Below the pieces are notes generated by a model. The model saw only the letters and a program-made list of their open reading frames with translations, had not been told where the DNA came from and did not search any database. Source: Nanobdellota archaeon (lineage in GTDB: Archaea > Nanobdellota > Nanobdellia > Woesearchaeales > JAHWHD01). Taken from it: a stretch of DNA of 16,473 nucleotides. The DNA is taken from assembly GCA_034722435.1 (NCBI GenBank), contig JAYENX010000016.1, positions 1 to 16,473 of the forward strand, read 5' to 3'. Made by a program: the position numbers and the translations under genes. Positions 7,613-14,698 of this stretch are shown here, piece after piece (positions within the stretch are counted from its first letter, which is position 1; each line of letters opens with the position of its first letter).

Positions 7613-7772
7613 AAAAAAAGACTTCATTTATAAATTTAATTATTAGTTCAGCTTTGTAGGAAGTCTTTCGTTCGCCTGCTCAAATAGTTGATTAGATAAT
7701 AAAAGATAATCTCGCACCAATATTGTTTGACAAATAGCACCTTGGCTCACTGGCCTATACAGGCAAGACTTC
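7613..7772 (-). ncRNA. Candidate structured RNA in the dim2-top6B spacer
   Basis: GAAGUCUU-GCCUG (7772-7760) pairs with CAGGC-[GAACGA]-AAGACUUC (7678-7660) and encloses smaller helices. A third arm GAAGUCUUU (7625-7617) runs into a U-tract. No family recognised. Confidence 0.3.
7627..7634 (-). promoter_or_regulatory. Putative TATA box of top6B
   Basis: Minus strand TTTATAAA, about 30 bp upstream of the top6B ATG. Confidence 0.45.
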
Positions 7773-7779
7773 AATCAGT

Positions 7780-8313
7780 TCAAAGAGGGTTTCTTTTTAA
7801 TTCGCGCCTTTTTCGTTCAAGCCATTTATATACGGAAGCGTGCGTACCACCCTTTAACAGCGACTCAACAGCACGTTTAGCATTTAAAACGTTGCTTGCT
7901 TCACCAATTATGGCAATAGTTTTTCCGTATACAGAAATATAAGTTTCAGTTAAATCTTCAATAGTTACACGAGATTTCCCCTCTTTACCAATAACTCGAC
8001 CTTTTAACCGTACAGAAGAGTTATTTGATTTACCAGCAAAATCAGGAATATTAATAATTTCAAGTGCAAAATCTTGTTTAAGTAATGATAGTGCAACCTC
8101 AGGATTAAAACCACGAGCAACGGCAATTATGACAGATCTGGCGTCGTACAAACCAAGAGCGTCCTCTCCGGAAATGACTACGTCGCCTTCTTTTGAATCA
8201 ATAGAAATGTTTGTATTTGTTCTTTCCTCTAATTCTTTTTTAATCTCCCCTTTCCTACCTATTAAAACTGCAATTCGGTCTTTAGGTATTTTTAATTCGT
8301 ATGAAAATTCCAT
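7780..8313 (-). CDS. KH-domain RNA-binding protein, Dim2/Pno1 family (pre-16S rRNA processing)
   Basis: Two GxxG KH motifs (LIGRKGE, RVIGKEGK), plus IARGF-like VARGFNPE and HASVYKWLE. Sits between rio1 and top6B, the usual archaeal context. Confidence 0.9.
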   Translation of the reverse strand: MEFSYELKIPKDRIAVLIGRKGEIKKELEERTNTNISIDSKEGDVVISGEDALGLYDARSVIIAVARGFNPEVALSLLKQDFALEIINIPDFAGKSNNSSVRLKGRVIGKEGKSRVTIEDLTETYISVYGKTIAIIGEASNVLNAKRAVESLLKGGTHASVYKWLERKRRELKRNPL

Positions 8314-8314
8314 T

Positions 8315-9016
8315 TTATTTTGTAATTTGTTTTTTTATTTTTTGCTCATCAACATCTAGACCCTGCTTTCTAAAAAAGATTGCAATGTTTCTAATGTCTC
8401 TATCTAAAAGCTCCATTGCATCAGGCGCATTTAGCTGAGTTGCTTGTGAAAAATCAATAAATATAGGATTGTTTTTATAGTTTAGTATATTAAAGCCAGA
8501 TAAGTCACCATGAACCAGATTAGCAGAGTATAATTTTTTCATATTTAATATAACAGAATCTAAGAATTTTTGAGCATTTTCAGGAGGGTCGTCTTTAAGC
8601 ATAGGTGCTGCATTGCTATCACCAATAAATTCTTCCAATAAAATATGGTTTAAGAAAGTAATAGGTTTTGGTACATCTACTGACGCATCACGAGCCTTCA
8701 TAATATTTCTATACTCTCGCTGAGTCCATGCAAACACTATCTTTCGTTTATGTTTTCTAAGATATAAATATCGAGGATCTTGTTTAATATAATCGTACAT
8801 CTTATTAAAATCACAAGTTTCTAGCCTATATATTTTTACAATAATCCTTCCAGTCTCAGTAATAGCTGAAAAAACGTTAGATTCCTTTCCTATTGAAATC
8901 GGACTTTGAAGTTCAAGAAAATGTCCTTGAGAACTTAACTTAAACAGAGTCCTCAAAGTGAATTCATCGAATACGTTTTGGTAAACTTTCCATTTCTCTC
9001 GAGATATCTTAGCCAT
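8315..9016 (-). CDS. rio1: RIO1-family atypical Ser/Thr kinase
   Basis: Motifs ISIGKESNVF, VKIY, catalytic loop LVHGDLSGFNIL and metal-binding IDFSQA. No N-terminal wHTH of the Rio2 type. Stop is 1 nt from the KH gene start. Confidence 0.9.
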   Translation of the reverse strand: MAKISREKWKVYQNVFDEFTLRTLFKLSSQGHFLELQSPISIGKESNVFSAITETGRIIVKIYRLETCDFNKMYDYIKQDPRYLYLRKHKRKIVFAWTQREYRNIMKARDASVDVPKPITFLNHILLEEFIGDSNAAPMLKDDPPENAQKFLDSVILNMKKLYSANLVHGDLSGFNILNYKNNPIFIDFSQATQLNAPDAMELLDRDIRNIAIFFRKQGLDVDEQKIKKQITK

Positions 9017-9060
9017 ACTTCTTATGTTTAGTTGTAGTTTAATAAAGTTATTTAAAGTGA

Positions 9061-9444
9061 TACTTACAATGTAAGTAATAAGAAGGAAGAGATCAAAGTA
9101 TCACAAAAAATAGGGGAAAATCAAGAAATGAAAATTAAAAAAGTAAAAGAATTCAAAAAGAGACGTACTTACAATGTAAGTAAAAAAGAGAATCTACAAG
9201 GAAAAGGGACAAATATACTTACATAGTAAGTATGAATATATCGGACGCACCCAGAAAAGGAAAAAGCATACTTACATAGTAAGTACAAACTAAAATAATC
9301 TAATTGAAATGAAGACAAGCATACTTACATAGTAAGTACGAACTAAAATAATCTAAGTGAAAAGAAGACAAGCACACTTACATAGTAAGTACGAACTAAA
9401 ATAATCTAAGTGAAAAGAAGACAAGCACACTTACATAGTAAGTA
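9061..9444. repeat. Array 2 of the 17-bp palindrome TACTTAC-AWW-GTAAGTA (7 copies)
   Basis: Copies start at 9061, 9166, 9216, 9269 and 9322 (exact) and at 9375 and 9428 (T1>C). Spacings are 105, 50, 53, 53, 53, 53. Confidence 0.95.
9265..9444 (+). repeat. 53-bp tandem repeat (about 3.4 copies), each unit containing one palindrome
   Basis: Unit AGCAYACTTACATAGTAAGTACRAACTAAAATAATCTAAKTGAAAWGAAGACA at 9265, 9318 and 9371, with a partial copy at 9424. Confidence 0.95.
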
Positions 9445-9641
9445 TACTCGTTAAGGAAACAAGCCACAAGTAATAACTGAGAAGTGGTAAAAAAAGAAAG
9501 ATTTAAATAATAGTTATACCTACCAAAGAGTAATGATAAATGGTCAGACTATTTATTGAAAAAAATGGTGATTAACAATTCAAAATTTATCAAAATCAAA
9601 GGTTTAAGATCATAAATTAAAATTATCTAAACACCTCTTTT

Positions 9642-9674
9642 CCCAGAAAAACCCTGTTTCAGGGTTTTTTTGGG
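9642..9674 (+). other. 15-bp inverted repeat/hairpin
   Basis: CCCAGAAAAACCCTG-TTT-CAGGGTTTTTTTGGG, with one G.U pair if read on the + strand. Confidence 0.6.
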
Positions 9675-9701
9675 TTTCATAATCACAATCACCTCTTTTT
9701 C

Positions 9702-9750
9702 CCCGGCAGGCGCTCGAAGAGCAATCTGAAGGCGCTTGCCAGGGTTTTTA
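9702..9750 (+). terminator. GC-rich hairpin followed by T6 (terminator-like or RNA element)
   Basis: CCC-GGCAGGCGC...AGA-GCAA-TCT...GCGCTTGCC-A-GGG-TTTTTT. Function is inferred only. Confidence 0.35.
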
Positions 9751-9803
9751 ATACAAAAACAAGGTTTTAAATATCACTCACACTTACTAGATATTGAAAC
9801 TAA

Positions 9804-9951
9804 TTTATGCAAATGGGTCCTTGTTTGAGTTGAAACGTTCGTTTTGACTAGGAAATTAAGACACTCTTGCATAAACCAGCCCGACACGAGAGTACTCGAT
9901 GGAGCTTTCGGCAAAGCCAAGCTATGAACCTTGGGAGTTAGTGTTTCGGGC
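9804..9951 (+). ncRNA. Candidate two-domain structured RNA upstream of dnaG
   Basis: Stem UUUAUGCAA/UUGCAUAAA (9804-9812/9867-9875) and stem GCCCGACAC/GUGUUUCGGGC (9879-9887/9941-9951), both with internal hairpins. A TATA-like TTTAAATA at 9767-9774 lies about 30 nt before the first stem. No family recognised. Confidence 0.35.
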
Positions 9952-10161
9952 AACAAAGCAATTTTCATACTTAAAAAACGAATAGAACTTCAAAATACCT
10001 AAATCACTATCATTTTCACTCATTATCAAATGTAAGGTAAACACTAGAGTTCTATTCAATAATTAAAAGAAGATCATCATCACTCACATATTCAACACAA
10101 ATAATCTACCGTAATAAGTGAAAGTATGTTGACTTCTTCTATAATTGGAGGCGAAAGAAAA

Positions 10162-11439
10162 ATGGGAAAAATAAGCCCGGTATCATCAAAATATATTATT
10201 CATGCAAATATCAAAATCGAAGGTGTAGTTGACAGACCCGACGTGATTGGTGCAATATTTGGACAGACAGAAGGTCTTCTAGGTTCTGAGCTTGAATTAA
10301 GAGAGCTTCAAAGAAGCGGAAGAATTGGAAGAATAGAAGTTAATGTCGAGACCAAATCAGGAAAAACAAATGGAAGTATAATCATTCCTTCTTCATTAGA
10401 TAAAGCAGAAACTTCAATTGTAGGTGCAGCTTTAGAAGTAATACAGAGAATAGGTCCTTGCAATGCAAAAATTGGGATAGGAAGCATCGAAGATGTAAGG
10501 ATTAGCAAAAGAGCTTTTGTCATTGAAAGAGCTAAAGAATTACTTAAGATGATGATGGATAGCGTAATTCCAGATAGTCAAGAGCTTGCTGATGAAGTAG
10601 CACATTCTGTAAGAGTTATGGAAATAAAGGAGTACGGAAAAGATAGGTTACCCGCAGGTCCAGGAGTAGAAGATTCTGACGAGATTCTTGTTGTAGAAGG
10701 TAGAGCAGATGTTGTCAATCTTCTTAAACATGGAATGAAAAATGGAATTGCAATTAATGGAACATCAGTCCCTCAAACTATAATTGATCTGTGCAAGCAA
10801 AAAATAGTAACAGTATTTGTTGATGGAGATAGAGGTGGAGATCTCAATATACAAGAACTTATGCAAGTTACGGAGATTGATTTTGTAACCAAAGCACCAG
10901 ATGGGAAAGAAGTAGAAGAACTTACCAAAAAAGAACTTCATAAAGCACTACGAAGTAAAATTTCAGCTGAACAGATGAAACTTGAAATAACTGGCGGACA
11001 TTCTAAAAATCAAAACAGGAATCGTAATGATGATAATAAGAAACGTTCTAATTATCCCCAAAGACGACCTGCACAAACATCGTATCAGAACAGAAATGTT
11101 AACAGGCAACAACAATACAAAAGAACGCTTCCGCAACAGTCAAGACTTTCAACTGAACAAAAAAATTCTTTTAAGAACATGCTGGAAGATCTTATAGGAA
11201 CTAGAGGCGCGTATATTTTGGATGAAAAACAAAATATATTAGGTAAAGTTCCAATAACTGAACTAGCAACCACTTTAAAAGGTTTAAGCGGAGTTAATGC
11301 AGTTGTTTTTGATGGAAGCATTGAAAGAAATCTAGTTCAAACTGCAGAAAAAGTAGGAGTAAAGTATGCTGTTGCAATGGATACTAAAGTAAAACCAACA
11401 GATACAAAAGTCAGATTACTTACAGTGAAAGATCTTTAA
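10162..11439 (+). CDS. dnaG: Archaeal DnaG-type primase / exosome-associated DnaG
   Basis: Motifs GVVDRPDVIGAIFGQTEGLLG, LRELQRSGRIGRI and Toprim VEGRADV...DGDRGG. ATG 10162 follows GGAGG, so it is preferred over the ORF-track start at 10126. Confidence 0.95.
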   Translation: MGKISPVSSKYIIHANIKIEGVVDRPDVIGAIFGQTEGLLGSELELRELQRSGRIGRIEVNVETKSGKTNGSIIIPSSLDKAETSIVGAALEVIQRIGPCNAKIGIGSIEDVRISKRAFVIERAKELLKMMMDSVIPDSQELADEVAHSVRVMEIKEYGKDRLPAGPGVEDSDEILVVEGRADVVNLLKHGMKNGIAINGTSVPQTIIDLCKQKIVTVFVDGDRGGDLNIQELMQVTEIDFVTKAPDGKEVEELTKKELHKALRSKISAEQMKLEITGGHSKNQNRNRNDDNKKRSNYPQRRPAQTSYQNRNVNRQQQYKRTLPQQSRLSTEQKNSFKNMLEDLIGTRGAYILDEKQNILGKVPITELATTLKGLSGVNAVVFDGSIERNLVQTAEKVGVKYAVAMDTKVKPTDTKVRLLTVKDL

Positions 11440-11531
11440 ATTAATTTTATTTTTTTATTCTCACTTTTAACATCAGAATTCGATTAATTGTTTCTAGATA
11501 TTTATTATAAAAATTTAAAAAAAAAGAAAAA

Positions 11532-12851
11532 TTAAGAACATTCTTGTGCAAACTTTACCAAACTAGATTCTTTCATCTCGCCTAATACATATTCACCCGA
11601 ACCCGCACAAATGAAAAGGGGCGCTTTTCCTTCCACCAAATCACTAAAACATGCATCGAGCACATCTAAAGAACCCTTATCAGCAATATCAGCATAGTAG
11701 AAGTTGTAACCTTTTCCTTCTAAGCTTTTAACTGATGCGAACATGTTCTGGCACTGAGGACATTTATTTGAATCCAAATAATATAATATAACAGTATCTT
11801 TTGTTAATCCGAATTCAGTAAAACATTCAGTCTTAGTCCCAGTCTCAACAATCTCAGGACTCGCAAGAGAAGGATCGTCTAAAGATTCTTCTTCAACTAC
11901 CACATCCACGTTCGCGCTATTTCGTAATTGTTTTATATAAATTTGCATAGCAGTTTGTTGCTTTTGTTTAATGAGCGCTTCCTTAATACTGTCTTTTGCG
12001 TCTTCAAATACAATTTTACGAGGCTCAACTTTGATAACATGATAACCGAACTGAGTTTTTACAGGTTCTTTACTGTACTCGCCAACATTTAATTCAAATG
12101 CAGCATTAGCGAACTCTTCAACCATTTCTTCTTTTTTGAAGAAACCTAAATCGCCACCCTTAACACCCGTAGGACCCGTAGAATATTCTTTTGCAAGAGC
12201 TATGAAATCTTTACCAGAGTCCAACATTTCGATAAGATCCTCACCTTCACTCTTAGTTTCAACCAAAATGTGTCTTGCATGAATTTGGGAAGCTTCTGCT
12301 AAAAACTGTTCTATATTTTCCTGATAGTAGTTTTCAGCTTCCGAATCTGAAACTAATAATTCCTGGAAAAGTGTCTGGTTTAAAAGTTTTGCAATCATTA
12401 TTTGATTTGTGTACTGCACTCGTAAATCTTGTAGAGATAACCCTTGCTGCTCTAAAGAAATTTGAAACTCTTCAACGCTTTGACCAGTAGATTTTCTTAA
12501 CTTGTCGATATTGTCATCGATTTCAGTGTCAGAAACTTCAATACCTTTACTTTTAGAGTCTTGAATCAATAACTTCTCAGTAATAAGTTGTTCTAATAAA
12601 GACGATTTTGTTACAAAGGATTTATAGATTTCAGGAATTGCATCGTACTGTGCATTTAATTCTTGCATCGAAATCTTTTCCCCGTTAACTGTTGCAGCCA
12701 CCGCACCAGTCGGCGATTGTTGATAGTTCTTAAATAAAAAAAAAGCTAAAAATACTATAGCAATAACAATTATAATTGAAATTATTCTTCCAGTTCTTAC
12801 ACGAACCTTTTTTTTAGGTTCTGAAGATTCTTGATTTTCCAATATAAACAC
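11532..12851 (-). CDS. Membrane-anchored PrsA/SurA-like parvulin PPIase with a C-terminal CxxC thioredoxin-like domain
   Basis: N-terminal TM helix; SurA-N-like helical region (VNGEKI...LLEQLITEKLLIQ); rotamase motifs ARHILV, FIALAKEYS, GGDLGFF and VKTQFGYHVIKV; tail VILYYLDSNKCPQCQNM. True start may be TTG 12842, after a GGGGGTG SD. Confidence 0.85.
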   Translation of the reverse strand: MFILENQESSEPKKKVRVRTGRIISIIIVIAIVFLAFFLFKNYQQSPTGAVAATVNGEKISMQELNAQYDAIPEIYKSFVTKSSLLEQLITEKLLIQDSKSKGIEVSDTEIDDNIDKLRKSTGQSVEEFQISLEQQGLSLQDLRVQYTNQIMIAKLLNQTLFQELLVSDSEAENYYQENIEQFLAEASQIHARHILVETKSEGEDLIEMLDSGKDFIALAKEYSTGPTGVKGGDLGFFKKEEMVEEFANAAFELNVGEYSKEPVKTQFGYHVIKVEPRKIVFEDAKDSIKEALIKQKQQTAMQIYIKQLRNSANVDVVVEEESLDDPSLASPEIVETGTKTECFTEFGLTKDTVILYYLDSNKCPQCQNMFASVKSLEGKGYNFYYADIADKGSLDVLDACFSDLVEGKAPLFICAGSGEYVLGEMKESSLVKFAQECS

Positions 12852-12978
12852 CCCCTAATTAATGTTATAAAAATATAATAAAAACTTATTTCTTCTAATA
12901 AATAAATCTTTCGGGAGTGTATTCACTACCAAATGGTTTCAATAAAGATTTATATTTAAAGTTTAAATATGATTTTAC

Positions 12979-14301
12979 ATGGTTTATAATATTATCTTAG
13001 GCAGGAGCAAAAAGGACATTGAGAAGTTTGGAGATAAAGGAACCATATTCTTAGCAAAACAATACGTACAAATGGGTCAAATCACCTCTTTAGCGAATAA
13101 AATCTTAATGGACGTTACAAGAAGTCACATAGTTTTTGTGTGTGGAAAAAGAGGGGGAGGAAAGAGTTATACCATGGGAGTAATTGCAGAAGGTATGGCT
13201 TCTGTAGAACCAGAAGTTGCAAAAAGGTTATCATGCATAATTCTAGATACTATGGGGATATATTGGACAATGAAGTATCCAAACCATAAAGATGCAGGCC
13301 TTCTTGAAGAATGGGGGATTGAAGGAAGAGGTCTTGATGTACAAATATATACACCCGCAGGATTTTATGAAGAATATAAAGAAAAAGGAATTCCTACCGA
13401 TTATCCGTTTTCAATAAAACCTTCTGAACTTAACACATCTGATTGGTGTATAACGTTCGGAGTATCTCCTTTAGAACCTTTAGGTGTTTTAATTGAAAAA
13501 ACAATTAATAAACTTAAAGAAGAAAAAGGGCATTTTACAATGGAAGATATAATTCTTGAAATTAAAAAAGATAGTACTGCTGACGATCATACAAAAAATG
13601 CTGCAATGAATAGATTCGAGAATGCAGAAACTTGGGGATTATTCTCCGATAAAGGTACACCTTTGAAAGACTTGGCCGCAGGCGGGAAAGTTACAGTTTT
13701 AGATGTAAGTGCTTATGCAAGAATACCTAACGGATGGGCAATTAAATCTTTAGTTATAGGGCTTTTATCACAAAAATTGTTTATAGAACGTATGACTGCG
13801 AGAAAGAAAGAGGAATATGATAGTGTTAAAGAAGCGATACATTTTTTCCCAGTAGAAAGTGAAGAAAAAGAACAAATGCCTCTTGTATGGTTAGTAATTG
13901 ATGAAGCGCATGAATTTCTTCCAAAAGAAGGAAAGACTTTGGCAACAGACCCGTTAGTAACAATATTAAGAGAGGGGCGTGAACCGGGAATATCCTTGAT
14001 AATGGCGACTCAACAACCGGGAAAGATTCATACAGATGTTATGACTCAAGCAGATATTATCATAAGTCATAGAATTACTGCAAAAATAGATATTGATGCT
14101 TTAGGCATGCTAATGCAATCTTATTTTAGATCAGGTTTAGATGCAGAATTGAATAATTTGTCCAGAATCAAAGGTGCAGCCCTTGTAATTGATGATATGA
14201 ATGAAAGAATGTATCCTGTGCAAATCAGGCCGAGATTTACATGGCACGGAGGTTCTGCACCTACAGCTTTAAAACAAGTTAAAAAGAAGTTTGATCTTTA
14301 A
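12979..14301 (+). CDS. HerA/FtsK-family P-loop ATPase (DUF87-type)
   Basis: Walker A GKRGGGKS, Walker B LVIDEAHEF, arginine finger LREGR and sensor ATQQP. Confidence 0.88.
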   Translation: MVYNIILGRSKKDIEKFGDKGTIFLAKQYVQMGQITSLANKILMDVTRSHIVFVCGKRGGGKSYTMGVIAEGMASVEPEVAKRLSCIILDTMGIYWTMKYPNHKDAGLLEEWGIEGRGLDVQIYTPAGFYEEYKEKGIPTDYPFSIKPSELNTSDWCITFGVSPLEPLGVLIEKTINKLKEEKGHFTMEDIILEIKKDSTADDHTKNAAMNRFENAETWGLFSDKGTPLKDLAAGGKVTVLDVSAYARIPNGWAIKSLVIGLLSQKLFIERMTARKKEEYDSVKEAIHFFPVESEEKEQMPLVWLVIDEAHEFLPKEGKTLATDPLVTILREGREPGISLIMATQQPGKIHTDVMTQADIIISHRITAKIDIDALGMLMQSYFRSGLDAELNNLSRIKGAALVIDDMNERMYPVQIRPRFTWHGGSAPTALKQVKKKFDL

Positions 14302-14338
14302 GACAAAATATAAAAGTTAGTTATTGTTTCAATTTATT

Positions 14339-14638
14339 ATGAGATTCTCCAAACAGTTTCCAAAAACAGTGGAAGGAAGTAATTACCCTAAATGGATAGA
14401 GATTTATCTTGAAAATTCTGAAGAATTAGAAGTAGAAAGTTTTGCGAGAACTGAGAATATTAAATTAATGAAAGAATGCGTTGAAGATGCTACGAATGTC
14501 ATGAAAGATAAGAATCTTAACGATTATCAGTCTGATATGGTCAAACTAGCAATATCCTTATTTGAGAAAAGAGCGAGTCATTCAGTACATTTTAAAGAAA
14601 ATAAAGCAAAAGAAAAGTTTGATGAAATATATAAATAA
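14339..14638 (+). CDS. Hypothetical helical protein (99 aa from ATG 14339; ORF track starts at TTG 14324)
   Basis: Open frame between two genes with protein-like composition (MRFSKQFPK...AISLFEKRASH...KFDEIYK). No motif recognised. Confidence 0.7.
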   Translation: MRFSKQFPKTVEGSNYPKWIEIYLENSEELEVESFARTENIKLMKECVEDATNVMKDKNLNDYQSDMVKLAISLFEKRASHSVHFKENKAKEKFDEIYK

Positions 14639-14698
14639 AATATAAATAAATATATAAAATAAATAATAGTTTTAATTTAATAAAAAAAATGTTTATAC

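Noticed and set aside
7660-7785. HDV-like ribozyme or SECIS-driven readthrough of the dim2 TGA
   Set aside because: GCGAA and P2/P3-like pieces exist, but L3 lacks the CC needed for P1.1 and P1 is only 4 bp. Readthrough meets another TGA three codons later.
5328-8359. Plus-strand ORFs 5328-5558, 6656-6853, 7259-7528, 7727-7942 and 8129-8359
   Set aside because: Antisense to top6A, top6B, dim2 and rio1, with no motifs.
8315-9016. RIO1 catalytic loop DLSGFN instead of the usual DLSEYN
   Set aside because: The catalytic Asp, Asn and metal-binding Asp are intact, so this is ordinary divergence.
9061-9444. CRISPR array interpretation of array 2
   Set aside because: The 53-bp period is short and the spacers are near-identical copies, so it is a tandem repeat rather than unique acquired spacers.
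9061-9600. Canonical archaeal oriC call
   Set aside because: No ORB-like box with a G-string and no cdc6/orc1 in the window. Kept only as a speculative hypothesis.
9702-9744. SRP RNA helix 8 (CAGG...AGCA)
   Set aside because: Only 9 nt lie between CAGG and AGCA, and they do not form the 3-bp stem with GNRA loop. No flanking SRP helices are recognisable.
9879-9951. RNase P RNA (minus-strand GAAAGCUCCAUC), hammerhead or c-di-GMP riboswitch
   Set aside because: The full GAGGAAA and 3' P4 motifs, the CUGANGA/GAAA core and the GEMM consensus are all absent.
9774-9968. 64-aa minus-strand ORF
   Set aside because: No SD or recognisable motif, and it overlaps the structured-RNA candidate. Probably spurious, though not excluded.
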